This document shows, in pieces, positions 53,059 through 64,000 of a DNA stretch of 64,000 nucleotides; positions within the stretch are counted from its first letter, which is position 1, and each line of letters opens with the position of its first letter. This stretch comes from Prochlorococcus sp. AG-679-M23. GTDB lineage: Bacteria; Cyanobacteriota; Cyanobacteriia; PCC-6307; Cyanobiaceae. A program made the translations under genes and the position numbers. The DNA lies in NCBI GenBank assembly GCA_003208875.1, contig QCUR01000003.1:96001-160000 (forward strand), in the 5' to 3' direction. The notes below the pieces were generated by a model. That model had not been told where the DNA came from. It saw nothing but the letters and a program-made list of their open reading frames with translations, and searched no databases.

Positions 53059-53637
53059 ATGAGCATAAAAGCTATCGAATGCCCAGATGGAGTTTGTCAT
53101 AGTCATCATGGCGGTCATGCTGTTCCAAGACAAACCATGCAGAGAAACTTAGAGAAACATGGTAAAGACTGGTGTGAAAAACTAGCTGAAAGAATTTATG
53201 AAATGTCAGTTGATACCTATTCTCAAACAGTAATGCCTAGCCTTCATTCATCAGGATGGCAAAGAAGACATCTAGATTGGGAATTTAAATTAGCCGAAAA
53301 TGACTCTGAACCTGATGAAGCTCTTGTTGAAGGAATCATAAATGCTACTGAAAGTTTTCTAAGAAGCAGTGAGGTGCATAGATTATTCATACAAGAACTC
53401 GTACAGGGTACGTTTGAAGAAGCGAATGATAAAAAAATAATTTCTAAAGCTATAAAGTCTATTATTGAAGAGGAAATAGTTATTTCGTTAAGAGAAAAAA
53501 AAGAAATTCTTTTAAGAAAAATATCATCAAAATTAGTTTCTGAAGAAAAAGTTAGCGAGGAGCTTGCAATAAATTCAGCGAAAGAAGGATTTGATGAAGT
53601 TGAAAGGTTACTCGTTAATCATACAGAGGCAGTTTAG
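53059..53637 (+). CDS. Conserved hypothetical protein with N-terminal Cys/His motif
   Basis: CPDGVCHSHHGGH. Confidence 0.75.
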   Translation: MSIKAIECPDGVCHSHHGGHAVPRQTMQRNLEKHGKDWCEKLAERIYEMSVDTYSQTVMPSLHSSGWQRRHLDWEFKLAENDSEPDEALVEGIINATESFLRSSEVHRLFIQELVQGTFEEANDKKIISKAIKSIIEEEIVISLREKKEILLRKISSKLVSEEKVSEELAINSAKEGFDEVERLLVNHTEAV

Positions 53638-53792
53638 ATCAAATTCTTTATATTTTTTTTATATTCACAGCAAATATAGGCTCAAATATTAACTAAATAT
53701 TAAATTATTGTTTGAAAGTACAAAGTTGTAACTTATTAGACAATGATTTAACCAAACCATATGCTTATCTATAGTCAATTCCAAAGCAGGAA

Positions 53793-54029
53793 ATGTCTAA
53801 TTTTATAAGGAAAAGAATTGATGTAGCAACCTGTTGGGCAACCAACAGAATATCCGTAATGGATACTCTAGAAAAATACGAGGATAGTTACGCAATTGCA
53901 GAGGAGTTCAGAGAATGGATATTGCATATTGGTGAAGAAAATGAAAACCTAAAAAGTTCTGTATTAAATTTTCCTAATGAATTAAAAGAATTATTAAATC
54001 AAAAGATAAATGAGAACTTAATCGAGTGA
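53793..54029 (+). CDS. Hypothetical protein
   Basis: Intact 78 aa ORF with upstream AGGA. Confidence 0.7.
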   Translation: MSNFIRKRIDVATCWATNRISVMDTLEKYEDSYAIAEEFREWILHIGEENENLKSSVLNFPNELKELLNQKINENLIE

Positions 54030-54086
54030 AATCCGACCTTCATAAGTAGGGCTAATTGATTAATATTAGAGAATATAAATATCTAA

Positions 54087-55463
54087 ATGGAAACAAAAGT
54101 GAAAGAGGACAATGTAGAAAATTTAGTGATAATAGGCTCTGGTCCAGCAGGTTATACAGCTGCTATATATGCAGCCCGTGCAAACCTTCAACCTCTTTTA
54201 GTAACGGGATTTAATTCTGGTGGAATTCCAGGTGGTCAATTAATGACGACTACTTTCGTTGAAAACTATCCAGGTTTTCCTGATGGAGTATTAGGTCCTG
54301 AATTAATGGATTTAATGAAAGCTCAAGCCGAAAGATGGGGTACAAATTTATATGAAAGTGATGTTATTTCAATTGATACCAGCAAAAGTCCTTTTGAGTT
54401 ACAAACCTTAGAAGGAGTCATTAAATCCAATTCAATTATTATCGCAACTGGCGCAAGTGCTAACAGGTTAGGAGTTATAAATGAAGATAAATTTTGGAGC
54501 AAAGGGATAAGTGCCTGCGCAATTTGTGATGGAGCGACGCCACAGTTTAGAGATGAAGAATTAGCAGTTATTGGAGGCGGAGATTCTGCATGTGAAGAAG
54601 CTGCATATCTCACAAAATATGGTAGCAAGGTGCATTTACTCGTTAGATCCGAAAAACTGAGAGCTAGTGCAGCAATGATAGATAGAGTAAAAGCTAATTC
54701 AAAGATTGAGATACACTGGAACACAAAAGTAGAGAAAGCTAATGGTACTGATTGGCTTGAAAACGTTGAAACCATTAACTCACAAAAAGGTAACGTCGAA
54801 ATTAAAGTTAAAGGACTTTTTTATGCTATTGGACACACACCCAATACAAAGTTTTTAAATAATAAAATTGAATTAGATAAAAAAGGATATATCGCTTGTA
54901 AATCAGGGAGACCAGAAACTTCAATAGAAGGTATATTTGCGGCTGGCGATGTTGTAGATTCTGAGTGGAGACAAGGGGTTACAGCTGCTGGGACAGGATG
55001 CATGGCAGCATTAGCTGCTGAGAGATGGTTAGCAGAGAAGAATTTATCAAAAATAATTGTTAGAGAAACAAGCGAGCCAGAGAAAACATTGTCTTCATCA
55101 AGTTTCAATGAAGAGGAGACAAATGAAGATACGTTCGATTTAAATTCCGAATGGCAAAAAGGTAGTTACGCACTGAGGAAGCTTTATCATGAGAGTAATA
55201 AACCAATATTAGTTATTTTTAGCTCACCAAGTTGTGGACCATGCCATGTATTAAAACCACAACTTAAAAGAGTGATTAAGGAATTTGATGGAGCTGTACA
55301 AGGTATAGAAATTGATATAGATAAAGATCAGGAAATCGCTAAACAAGCAGGAATAAATGGAACTCCTACAATACAACTATTTAAAGAAAAATTACTTAAA
55401 AAACAGTGGCAGGGTGTTAAACAACGTAGTGAATTCAAAGAAGCGATACAAAATATCATTTGA
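54087..55463 (+). CDS. trxB: Thioredoxin reductase with fused C-terminal thioredoxin (NTRC-type)
   Basis: GSGPAG, CAICD, GGGDSA; C-terminal CGPC Trx domain. Confidence 0.95.
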   Translation: METKVKEDNVENLVIIGSGPAGYTAAIYAARANLQPLLVTGFNSGGIPGGQLMTTTFVENYPGFPDGVLGPELMDLMKAQAERWGTNLYESDVISIDTSKSPFELQTLEGVIKSNSIIIATGASANRLGVINEDKFWSKGISACAICDGATPQFRDEELAVIGGGDSACEEAAYLTKYGSKVHLLVRSEKLRASAAMIDRVKANSKIEIHWNTKVEKANGTDWLENVETINSQKGNVEIKVKGLFYAIGHTPNTKFLNNKIELDKKGYIACKSGRPETSIEGIFAAGDVVDSEWRQGVTAAGTGCMAALAAERWLAEKNLSKIIVRETSEPEKTLSSSSFNEEETNEDTFDLNSEWQKGSYALRKLYHESNKPILVIFSSPSCGPCHVLKPQLKRVIKEFDGAVQGIEIDIDKDQEIAKQAGINGTPTIQLFKEKLLKKQWQGVKQRSEFKEAIQNII

Positions 55464-55479
55464 GCAAATTATTTATTAT

Positions 55480-55746
55480 TTATTTCCTTCTAGCATTATT
55501 TTTAGAATTTCCAGTTCTTGGGCCACCACCTCCTGCATTTCTTTCACGATAGGTGATCCTTCCTCTTGTTAGATCATAAGGACTTATCTCCACAAGTACC
55601 TTATCTCCGGCTAACAATTTAATTCTAAATTTAGTTAACTTACCTGCTGCTCTGCATAAACATTGGTGACCTTCAGGTTGCTCTAAAGTAACCAAATAAA
55701 AACCATTTCCTTGTTCTTTTTCTATCACACCAGATGTTTCGATCAT
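55480..55746 (-). CDS. infA: Translation initiation factor IF-1
   Basis: GDKVLVEISPYDLTRGRITYR. Confidence 0.95.
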   Translation of the reverse strand: MIETSGVIEKEQGNGFYLVTLEQPEGHQCLCRAAGKLTKFRIKLLAGDKVLVEISPYDLTRGRITYRERNAGGGGPRTGNSKNNARRK

Positions 55747-55850
55747 TAAATAATTTATTTTCTAGATTTATATTATCAGAAAAGAATAAACAAAATTTAC
55801 CTCAACATAATTACGTCAGATGAAATAAATTAATTGCAAAGAATTTTGAT

Positions 55851-56063
55851 TTATACAAAAAATTTTATTTCATTAATTATTTGTAACTGACCATAATAAA
55901 AATTTGCCTTTGCAATTTTTTCAGGATCATCTAGTTGATCGAAAAAGACAAATCCTAAACTCTCCCATAAAGATGAGCCACAAACATTATTTAATTCATT
56001 AGTTGCCTCTTGAGCGATATTATTCAACTTACGCTCAAGATTTTTAGATTTAGAAATTGACAT
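55851..56063 (-). CDS. Hypothetical protein
   Basis: Intact 70 aa ORF. Confidence 0.65.
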   Translation of the reverse strand: MSISKSKNLERKLNNIAQEATNELNNVCGSSLWESLGFVFFDQLDDPEKIAKANFYYGQLQIINEIKFFV

Positions 56064-56115
56064 CAGAAAAACTATTTATAGTACAAATATACTATAAAAC
56101 TTACTTAATGCAACC

Positions 56116-57078
56116 TTAGAAAGGGAGTCTCTTTTTTTCTTCAATATTTAGATCAGCTTCCATTTCTTTAAGTCTTTTTAAAATCTGCTGATAATATTCT
56201 TTAATGTAACTTTCTAGAGAAGTAGAATCTTCTTTTTTAAGTTCTAACACTTCATAAGTATTACTCATATCAGCGTCTAAGGGGACTCCACTACTAGTAA
56301 CTTCAGCGAAGGCTAATCTTTCAGAAACATTTAGTGCATCTTGAAAAAATGAAACCACATTTTGAGTTGCTTTTATTAGAAAAGGCGAAACTCTAAAAAT
56401 CTTTGCTTTCTTATTACTATATTTTTCGCATAAAGAAATTACTTCATCAGAATCCCAGGCCCTTGGTCCAACTAAAGGAAGTGAAAGCTTATAAGATTTT
56501 GGCTTATTTATTGAGGAAACGACAATTTTAGCCATATCTTGGGTGTTCATATACGCGATTTTAGTTGGGGTGCCACTCATCCATACGGCTTGACTGTCTA
56601 AAACAGGTATAGCGAATTGACTAATGACACCTTGCATAAAAGCAGCGCATTTGAAAATTGTATAGTCAAAATTAGATTTCTCTAGAAGTTTTTCAGTGCA
56701 ATACTTAACATCCATTAAGGGTACATTTCTAAACTTTTCTGTTGATAAAATCGAGAAAAAAATAACCCTTTTTATTTTTTTCGATTCACAAGCATTAAAA
56801 AGATTAAGTTTACCGTCCCAGTCAGTTTCATATATACTTTTGGAATCTTCGGGTCTTCCAGTTGCGCTATCAATAACTACTTCAATATCTTGTAGAGCAT
56901 AATCTATATCACCAGAGTTTAGTAAATTTCCTTTTGTAAGTTCACAACCCCATTCTTGGAGAAAAGAAGCTTTCCTAGGATTCCTAACGAAACATCTAAC
57001 TTCATGCCCTTCTTCAATAGCTTGTTTTGCTATCTGCCTTCCAAGAGTTCCTGTTGCACCTACTAAAAGAATCTTCAT
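56116..57078 (-). CDS. ycf39: Ycf39-like atypical SDR (NmrA family)
   Basis: GATGTLGRQ, VRN..KA.FL.EWG; adjacent to petM. Confidence 0.85.
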   Translation of the reverse strand: MKILLVGATGTLGRQIAKQAIEEGHEVRCFVRNPRKASFLQEWGCELTKGNLLNSGDIDYALQDIEVVIDSATGRPEDSKSIYETDWDGKLNLFNACESKKIKRVIFFSILSTEKFRNVPLMDVKYCTEKLLEKSNFDYTIFKCAAFMQGVISQFAIPVLDSQAVWMSGTPTKIAYMNTQDMAKIVVSSINKPKSYKLSLPLVGPRAWDSDEVISLCEKYSNKKAKIFRVSPFLIKATQNVVSFFQDALNVSERLAFAEVTSSGVPLDADMSNTYEVLELKKEDSTSLESYIKEYYQQILKRLKEMEADLNIEEKKRLPF

Positions 57079-57136
57079 ACTTAAGGATGTTCTTAACTTT
57101 TCGAGATTAACTCACTTTCTATAGTATTCGTGAGAA

Positions 57137-57235
57137 TCAATCTCCTTGAAATTTTAATAATAATGCACCACCAACCAATCCAATTGGTATCAATATCCAA
57201 AACACAGCAGCAATACTAAAAATTTCTTTGGCCAT
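57137..57235 (-). CDS. petM: Cytochrome b6f subunit PetM
   Basis: [32 protein letters not shown]. Confidence 0.9.
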
Positions 57236-57347
57236 AGGAAACTTAATCAATTATTATAATTTAACGTTTATATGCATTTTTTTGTAGAAAAAATAACTAA
57301 TGCAAATATCTTTAAATTATTTAAGAGAGGAATAAAGGGTTATTTAT

Positions 57348-58292
57348 ATGAACTCTATCGATAAATCGCAAGAAAGAAACAAATCTAATTATTGGTATTG
57401 GAACGGATTTAAAATTTTTTGGAGTGTTAAAGGTGAAGATAATACACATCCAATGATTTTGCTTCACGGGTTCGGCGCAAGTAGTAAACATTGGAGAAAT
57501 AATTCTTACTACTTTGCTCAAAAAGGATATTCTGTTTACTCAATAGATTTAATTGGATTTGGCAATTCAGCACAGCCAGGAATTAAAGACATAGGGAAAT
57601 TAGATAATGGAGTTTGGTGTAATCAAGTCAGTGATTTTATTAAACAAGTAATCAGGCCAAAGACTTCTAAGAAGATAATTTTAATAGGAAATTCTTTAGG
57701 TTCTTTAGTAGCTTTAACATGCGCAGTCTATTTAAAGAATGAAATATTATCAGTTATCGCATCTCCTCTTCCAGATCCTCTAGTAATTAAAAAAAAGGAA
57801 TCAGAACTTAATTCGATTTTTGAAAAATTTAGAATCAAACTTATAAAAATATTTTTCAGAATATTTCCTTTAGAAATAGTTCTATTTTTAATAAGTAAAT
57901 TGGGAATAATAAAATTAGGACTTAATTCTGCATATTTCAAAAAAGATAAAGTAGATAAAGAATTAATAAATATTGTTAGTAAACCAGTTTTAAGAAAGAC
58001 TTCGGCAAGAGCACTAAGAGCTATGTGCATTGGTATGGCAACAAGGGGAGATAAGTTAAGGGCCTCTTACCTTTTGGAACAACTTAGTCTTTCAAAAAAA
58101 ATTCCTTTTTTATTGTTGTGGGGAGAAAAGGATAATTTCATACCTTTATTTCTTGGCAAAAAGATTGCAAAATTCCATAGATGGGTAGAATTGAAAATAA
58201 TATCCAATTCAGGCCATTGTGTTCATGATGAAGATCCTTCATTATTTAATAAAATTTCTTATGAATGGATTAGAGACTTAAAAACCTATTAA
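57348..58292 (+). CDS. Alpha/beta fold hydrolase
   Basis: LHGFGAS, GNSLG, GHCVHDE. Confidence 0.9.
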   Translation: MNSIDKSQERNKSNYWYWNGFKIFWSVKGEDNTHPMILLHGFGASSKHWRNNSYYFAQKGYSVYSIDLIGFGNSAQPGIKDIGKLDNGVWCNQVSDFIKQVIRPKTSKKIILIGNSLGSLVALTCAVYLKNEILSVIASPLPDPLVIKKKESELNSIFEKFRIKLIKIFFRIFPLEIVLFLISKLGIIKLGLNSAYFKKDKVDKELINIVSKPVLRKTSARALRAMCIGMATRGDKLRASYLLEQLSLSKKIPFLLLWGEKDNFIPLFLGKKIAKFHRWVELKIISNSGHCVHDEDPSLFNKISYEWIRDLKTY

Positions 58293-58295
58293 AAT

Positions 58296-58820
58296 ATGAA
58301 ACATACATTATCAGTACTTGTTGAAGACGAATCAGGGGCATTAAGTAGAATCTCAGGTCTATTTGCTAGAAGAGGTTTTAATATCGATAGTCTCGCTGTT
58401 GGGCCTGCAGAAACTAAGGGGATTTCAAGATTAACGATGGTAGTAGAGGGTGATAATGAAACCCTTCAACAAATGACAAAACAACTTAATAAATTATTTA
58501 ATGTTCTTGGAGTCGTTGATTTTACAAACCTTGCTGCAGTTGAAAGGGAATTAATGCTTCTCAAAGTATCGTCAAAAGAAGATACTAGAAGTAATATTTT
58601 AGATATCGTTCAAATATTTAGAGCAAAAGTAGTAGATGTGTCAGATATTGCTTTAACTCTTGAAGTGGTGGGAGATCCAGGAAAATTAGTTGCTTTGGAA
58701 AAGCTTCTTGAACCATATGGAATACTTGAAATTGCAAGAACAGGGAAAGTTGCTCTTAAGCGATCTTCTGGAGTAAATACTGAAATGTTAAAAATAAATA
58801 AATACTCTTTAGAGATTTAA
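58296..58820 (+). CDS. ilvH: Acetolactate synthase small subunit
   Basis: [20 protein letters not shown] domain, ERELML. Confidence 0.96.
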   Translation: MKHTLSVLVEDESGALSRISGLFARRGFNIDSLAVGPAETKGISRLTMVVEGDNETLQQMTKQLNKLFNVLGVVDFTNLAAVERELMLLKVSSKEDTRSNILDIVQIFRAKVVDVSDIALTLEVVGDPGKLVALEKLLEPYGILEIARTGKVALKRSSGVNTEMLKINKYSLEI

Positions 58821-59476
58821 TTAGAAATTATGATTTCATAAATCAAATCTTCTCTATCTATTTCCTTTAATATTTCTATCCCTTTAACAACTTTTCCAAA
58901 GATTGAATATCTTCCATCTAATTCGGGGAATTTATTAGTTACAAAGAAAAACTCTGTAGAAGAAGAATTCCTTTCTCCACTTTTAACCATAGCTAATGAT
59001 CCCTTTTCAAAAAAGTTAGTCAAAGTTTCAATTCCTGCGGGATCTAAAATTTGGTAACCATATTTTGGTTCGATTTCTTTTTTTAATTTTATTTCCAAGG
59101 GAATATTTCTTCTAAGTTTGTTTAAGTTTTGATTTTCTTTTTTGTAATAATTGTTTTCTGGATAAATACCTGAATGAATTACTTTAACTTGAGGAAAATT
59201 AATTATCTTATAAAACCTTTTATTTTTATAGATATTTTTATTTACATTTTGAATAAAATTGCTTACTGTAACTGGTTTATTTTTTCCATATAATTGAACA
59301 TCAATATTACCCTTTGAAGTCTTGAAAACTACTCTTTGGTTCTTTTTTAAACAGTTAAGATCGAGCTTTTTACAATAAAAATTAGAATCAAAAGTATTTT
59401 TATAACTGCAACCTGTAATTAATAATAAAAATATCTTAAAAAATATAAGTGGTTTTAATAAATAAAATCTTCTTAT
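58817..59476 (-). CDS. Cyclophilin-type peptidyl-prolyl isomerase, lipoprotein (frame extends well beyond the ORF-track call; ATA start)
   Basis: Open frame from 59476 with lipobox [30 protein letters not shown]. Confidence 0.8.
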   Translation of the reverse strand: MRRFYLLKPLIFFKIFLLLITGCSYKNTFDSNFYCKKLDLNCLKKNQRVVFKTSKGNIDVQLYGKNKPVTVSNFIQNVNKNIYKNKRFYKIINFPQVKVIHSGIYPENNYYKKENQNLNKLRRNIPLEIKLKKEIEPKYGYQILDPAGIETLTNFFEKGSLAMVKSGERNSSSTEFFFVTNKFPELDGRYSIFGKVVKGIEILKEIDREDLIYEIIISN

Positions 59477-60030
59477 TTTAAACCCTCCAAATTTACATTT
59501 AGAAATTTGGCTAATCTTGCTCCTTCCTCTTCAACTTGAAGCAACGGTTTAAGTTCTCCTGCGCCACTCAAAGGAAGTGCTTTTTTTCTGCCTTTAAGAA
59601 CTAATGCAATTCTTCTTCTTGGATTAAATCCTTCACTTATATCAAGTTTTACTGACTTAATTTCATCGAAACTTAATTTAACTTCAATATCCTTAAATAA
59701 TCCTTTTCTTTTAATTTCAATAGATTGAGAATCTTTATCAAAAAAGTTATAACCAGAACCGAAATTTATAAAAACCAAATACCATAAATAAATATTAAGC
59801 AAATTCGCTATTACTCCATAAGCACCCATTATTATTCCCTGAGGGATAAAAAGTAAGGTTGAAGGATTACCTAAAGGGAGCAAATCTCTACCTGTATAGC
59901 TTGAGATCGCAGCTAAGATAAAACCTATACCGCCAATAGATAACATTCCTCCAATAAGGTAGTTCGATATTTTTCTTGAACCATTGATTTTTTGTTCAAT
60001 TTTGTTAAAGGAAGAGAGATTTGATTGCAT
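59473..60030 (-). CDS. ycf4: Photosystem I assembly protein Ycf4
   Basis: GSRKISNY, FIPQG, LA.FL.V.LEG. Confidence 0.95.
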   Translation of the reverse strand: MQSNLSSFNKIEQKINGSRKISNYLIGGMLSIGGIGFILAAISSYTGRDLLPLGNPSTLLFIPQGIIMGAYGVIANLLNIYLWYLVFINFGSGYNFFDKDSQSIEIKRKGLFKDIEVKLSFDEIKSVKLDISEGFNPRRRIALVLKGRKKALPLSGAGELKPLLQVEEEGARLAKFLNVNLEGLK

Positions 60031-60214
60031 AATATTTTTATTCTAGATGTCTATTCCTACTAATATAACTTTAAATATAGAGTATTAATACCTAATTTTT
60101 AGCATTAAAGTTAGGAAAGCTTTACAAGGCATTTCATATATACAGATATTTCCCCACTTTACTCTCAATCTTTGTTACAGTCTCATCGTATCCCGAAGCT
60201 AAAAACGATTTCTC

Positions 60215-61291
60215 ATGACGATCGCCGTTGGAAGCGCCCCACAGAGAGGATGGTTTGATGTCCTTGATGATTGGTTAAAGCGCGACAGGTTTGTATTTAT
60301 TGGTTGGTCCGGTTTACTACTTCTACCTTGTGCATATCTTGCAATAGGTGGATGGTTTGTCGGAACAACATTTGTTACCTCTTGGTACACACATGGTATT
60401 GCATCTTCATATCTTGAAGGAGCAAACTTTTTGACAGCAGCTGTAAGTACCCCTGGAGATGCCATGGGTCACAGTCTTCTATTTTTATGGGGTCCAGAAG
60501 CCCAAGGTAGTTTCGTAAGATGGCTACAACTTGGTGGTCTTTGGAACTTTGTTGCATTACATGGAGTATTTGGCCTTATTGGTTTCATGCTTCGTCAATT
60601 TGAAATTGCTGGTCTTGTAGGTATCCGACCTTACAACGCACTTGCTTTTTCAGCTGTAATTGCAGTTTTTACAAGTATCTTCCTTATCTACCCACTAGGA
60701 CAGCATAGTTGGTTCTTTGCACCATCATTTGGTGTTGCTGCAATCTTCCGTTATATCTTGTTCATTCAAGGTTTTCACAATATTACCCTTAATCCTTTTC
60801 ACATGATGGGTGTTGCTGGAATTCTTGGTGGTGCACTTCTTTGCGCTATCCACGGAGCTACAGTTCAAAACACATTATATGAAGATACAAGTGTTTACAC
60901 AGACGGTAAAGTTCAAAGTTCAACCTTTAGAGCTTTCGATCCAACACAAGAAGAAGAAACTTATTCAATGATTACAGCGAATAGATTCTGGAGCCAAATT
61001 TTTGGTATTGCTTTCTCTAATAAGAGATTCCTTCACTTCTTGATGCTATTTGTACCTGTTATGGGTATGTGGACATCTTCAATTGGTATTGTTGGTTTAG
61101 CACTTAACTTAAGAGCTTACGATTTCGTTAGCCAAGAGATAAGAGCTGCAGAAGATCCAGAATTTGAAACATTCTACACAAAGAATATACTTCTGAACGA
61201 AGGTATGCGAGCATGGATGTCTTCTGTGGATCAACCACACGAAAACTTTGTATTCCCTGAGGAGGTTCTTCCGCGTGGAAACGCCCTTTAA
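60215..61291 (+). CDS. psbD: Photosystem II D2 protein
   Basis: Canonical D2 sequence ending [10 protein letters not shown]. Confidence 0.99.
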   Translation: MTIAVGSAPQRGWFDVLDDWLKRDRFVFIGWSGLLLLPCAYLAIGGWFVGTTFVTSWYTHGIASSYLEGANFLTAAVSTPGDAMGHSLLFLWGPEAQGSFVRWLQLGGLWNFVALHGVFGLIGFMLRQFEIAGLVGIRPYNALAFSAVIAVFTSIFLIYPLGQHSWFFAPSFGVAAIFRYILFIQGFHNITLNPFHMMGVAGILGGALLCAIHGATVQNTLYEDTSVYTDGKVQSSTFRAFDPTQEEETYSMITANRFWSQIFGIAFSNKRFLHFLMLFVPVMGMWTSSIGIVGLALNLRAYDFVSQEIRAAEDPEFETFYTKNILLNEGMRAWMSSVDQPHENFVFPEEVLPRGNAL

Positions 61292-62657
61292 TAATTTACT
61301 AAGAGCTCCTAACCAGAGTATTGAAGAAACTGGTTACGCTTGGTACGTAGGTAACGCCAGATTAATTAATTTATCTGGACGTTTACTTGGAGCACACATT
61401 GCACACTCTGGCCTAATAGTATTTTGGGCTGGAGCAATGATGTTATTCGAAGTAAGCCATTTCACATTTGATAAACCAATGTGGGAACAAGGCTTGATTT
61501 GCATGCCTCACGTTGCAATGTTTGGGTTTGGAATTGGCCCTGGTGGTGAAGTTACTTCTGTATATCCCTTCTTTGTTGCAGGTGTTATACATTTAATTTC
61601 CTCAGCAGTTTTAGGTTTTGGAGGAATTTATCACTCTTTAGCTGGCCCAGAAAAGCTCGAGCAAGATTTTCCTTTCTTTTCAACTGACTGGAGAGATAAA
61701 AACCAAATGACTAATATATTGGGTTATCACCTAGTAGTTTTAGGGGTTGGTGCTTTATTTTTCGTAGCCGATTGGATGTTTATCGGTGGTGCTTATGACA
61801 CATGGGCTCCCGGTGGAGGAGAAGTTAGATTGGTTAGTCCAACTTTAGATCCAAGAGTAATACTTGGTTATCTATTTAGGTCTCCATGGGGAGGTGCTGG
61901 TTCAATTATCGGTGTTAACTCAATTGAAGACATTGTTGGAGGCCATGTATACGTTGGTATAACTGCAATTATTGGTGGTTTATTCCATATCTTCACAAAA
62001 CCCTTTGGATGGGCTAGAAGAGCATTCATTTGGAATGGAGAAGGACTTCTAAGTTATGCACTTGGTGGAATCTGTGTTGCAAGTTTTATTGCATCAACTT
62101 TCATCTGGTTTAACAATACTGCTTACCCTTCAGAATTCTATGGCCCAACAAACGCTGAAGCTTCACAGGCCCAAAGCTTTACTTTCCTTGTGAGAGATCA
62201 AAGAATAGGAGCTAATGTAGGTTCAACAATGGGACCAACAGGATTAGGTAAGTATCTCATGAGATCTCCTACAGGTGAAATTATATTTGGTGGTGAAACA
62301 ATGAGATTTTGGGATTTCAGAGGACCATGGTTAGAACCTTTAAGAGGACCTAACGGATTGAGCCTTGAGAAAATTCAAAATGATATTCAGCCTTGGCAAG
62401 TTAGAAGAGCAGCTGAATATATGACTCATGCACCTAATGCTTCTATCAACTCCGTTGGTGGTATCATTACTGAGCCTAATGCTGTTAACTTTGTTAACTT
62501 AAGACAATGGTTAGCTGCAGCTCAATTCTTCCTAGGATGGTTTACATTCATCGGTCACCTTTGGCATGCAGGTCGTGCTAGAGCAGCCGCTGCCGGTTTC
62601 GAAAAAGGAATTGACAGAAAGAGTGAGCCAGCTCTAGAAATGCCAGATATTGATTAA
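61275..62657 (+). CDS. psbC: Photosystem II CP43 (GTG start overlapping psbD)
   Basis: [28 protein letters not shown]. Confidence 0.99.
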   Translation: METPFNNLLRAPNQSIEETGYAWYVGNARLINLSGRLLGAHIAHSGLIVFWAGAMMLFEVSHFTFDKPMWEQGLICMPHVAMFGFGIGPGGEVTSVYPFFVAGVIHLISSAVLGFGGIYHSLAGPEKLEQDFPFFSTDWRDKNQMTNILGYHLVVLGVGALFFVADWMFIGGAYDTWAPGGGEVRLVSPTLDPRVILGYLFRSPWGGAGSIIGVNSIEDIVGGHVYVGITAIIGGLFHIFTKPFGWARRAFIWNGEGLLSYALGGICVASFIASTFIWFNNTAYPSEFYGPTNAEASQAQSFTFLVRDQRIGANVGSTMGPTGLGKYLMRSPTGEIIFGGETMRFWDFRGPWLEPLRGPNGLSLEKIQNDIQPWQVRRAAEYMTHAPNASINSVGGIITEPNAVNFVNLRQWLAAAQFFLGWFTFIGHLWHAGRARAAAAGFEKGIDRKSEPALEMPDID

Positions 62658-62672
62658 CTCTAATCAATTTTC

Positions 62673-62700
62673 AAAAGACCCTTTTTAAGGGTCTTTTTTT
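62673..62700. terminator. Bidirectional terminator between psbC and maf
   Basis: AAAAGACCCT-TTTTA-AGGGTCTTTTTTT. Confidence 0.9.
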
Positions 62701-63326
62701 TATGGGAAAATTCCTTCCTTAATAAGACTCTTTCTAAGCCATGGCAAACTTAAACCCATTACATTACTAAAACAACCATCTATCCTTTCGATATATTTAC
62801 CTCCCTTGCCCTCTAAAGCAAATCCTCCAGCACAATATAAAGGTTCAAGAGAGTCAACATAATTTTTTATCTCTTCATCTTGCAATTTAGAAAAATATAC
62901 TTTAGAACTTACTGTTTTTTTAATTTTCTTTGTCACTTTTAGTATTTTTGAACTTGAGTCAAAAGTACTAAAAAGTAATGTATGTCCCGTATGGAGAAAA
63001 CCAAATTCTCCAGACATTTGTGACCATCTTCTATATGCCTCTTCTTTATCTGATGGTTTTCCGAAAGGTCTTCCATTAAATTCGAATATTGAATCACAAC
63101 CAAGAATTTCTACAGAACTATAATTAAACTTTTCTGGTAAGTCTATTTCTTGGATATTAAGAGCAATCCTACTAGCTTTTTGAAAAGACAATTCGAGAGT
63201 TAAATTAGATATATCTTTCTCTTTTACTAAATCTTCATCAAAATTACTTGATATTTGAATAAATTCGATTTGAGAATTTTCTAGTAATTTCTTTCTAGAT
63301 TGAGAAGCAGAAGCTAGAATTAACAC
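62700..63326 (-). CDS. maf: Maf nucleotide pyrophosphatase
   Basis: [24 protein letters not shown]. Confidence 0.93.
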   Translation of the reverse strand: MLILASASQSRKKLLENSQIEFIQISSNFDEDLVKEKDISNLTLELSFQKASRIALNIQEIDLPEKFNYSSVEILGCDSIFEFNGRPFGKPSDKEEAYRRWSQMSGEFGFLHTGHTLLFSTFDSSSKILKVTKKIKKTVSSKVYFSKLQDEEIKNYVDSLEPLYCAGGFALEGKGGKYIERIDGCFSNVMGLSLPWLRKSLIKEGIFP

Positions 63327-63393
63327 AAATTTTTTTATCTAATTATAATTCAATTTACTTATTAATAAATTTCAAGATTAATATAAATTACTA

Positions 63394-64000
63394 ATGGAAT
63401 TAATAGAAAAACTACAACCTATTAAAAAGCCCTTAATGGTTTTAGGTACATCTAGCGGGGCAGGTAAATCTTTAACAGTTACGGCCATAGGCAGGATTCT
63501 TAAAAATTCAGGAGAAAAACCAATACCTTTTAAAGGCCAAAATATGAGTAACAATGCATGGGTTGATTGGAATGGCGGAGAGATGGCATTTTCTCAAGCT
63601 TTACAAGCATTTGCTTGCGGGATAATTCCTTCTTCGGAGATGAATCCTATCCTATTAAAACCACAAGGGAATTCAACTAGTGAAGTCATTCATTTAGGAA
63701 GAAGTATGGGTATCACAACAGCAAAAGATTACTACAAAGATTGGTTTTCCTCTGGATGGGAAGTAATTAAAGAAAGTTTGAATTCAATATATGAACGACA
63801 CCCAAATTGTCGTTTAATTATTGAGGGGGCAGGAAGTCCTGTAGAGATGAATTTAATTCACAGAGACCTTACGAACTTAAGAGTTGCAAAGTATTTAAAT
63901 GCGAATTGCATTTTAGTAACTGATATCGAAAGAGGAGGCGTATTTGCTCAAATAATAGGAACTCTTGAGTTAATGAAACCGGAAGAAAGAAAACTCATTA
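63394..64000 (+). CDS. cobQ: Cobyric acid synthase, N-terminal part (runs off window)
   Basis: [44 protein letters not shown]. Confidence 0.95.
   Translation, partial: MELIEKLQPIKKPLMVLGTSSGAGKSLTVTAIGRILKNSGEKPIPFKGQNMSNNAWVDWNGGEMAFSQALQAFACGIIPSSEMNPILLKPQGNSTSEVIHLGRSMGITTAKDYYKDWFSSGWEVIKESLNSIYERHPNCRLIIEGAGSPVEMNLIHRDLTNLRVAKYLNANCILVTDIERGGVFAQIIGTLELMKPEERKLI

Noticed and set aside
60880..60930. Short insertion in the D2 loop ([12 protein letters not shown])
   Set aside because: A known Prochlorococcus D2 feature; useful for taxonomy but not novel.

Overview
AT-rich cyanobacterial chromosome segment. Gene content and order point to a high-light Prochlorococcus (inference from synteny and protein features). 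Core genes lie at both ends: recB-recC-ycf54-pdxJ-plsC-bolA-grxD-response regulator-crtH-trmFO-psbY (1-11.7 kb) and ychF-polA-cysS-dxr-pntAB-NTRC-infA-ycf39-petM-ilvH-ycf4-psbDC-maf-cobQ (40.5-64 kb). Between them is a ~28 kb genomic island that starts at tRNA-Lys and contains tRNA-Pro(TGG). The most notable structure is a tandem array of integrase-less cargo cassettes downstream of tRNA-Pro. Four copies of the tRNA 3' half, mostly more degraded with distance, delimit ~1 kb modules. The first three modules each carry a different short repeat motif at both of their own ends, resembling integrase arm sites. The island also holds two som porin genes with ~970 bp of near-identical sequence around a TPR-sulfotransferase, each with a Yfr1-complementary site in its 5'UTR. 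It further carries four sulfotransferases, two glycosyltransferase-like genes, three hli genes, several unannotated micro-ORFs and pseudogenes. In the core region a cyclophilin lipoprotein appears to start at a non-canonical ATA overlapping the ycf4 stop codon.
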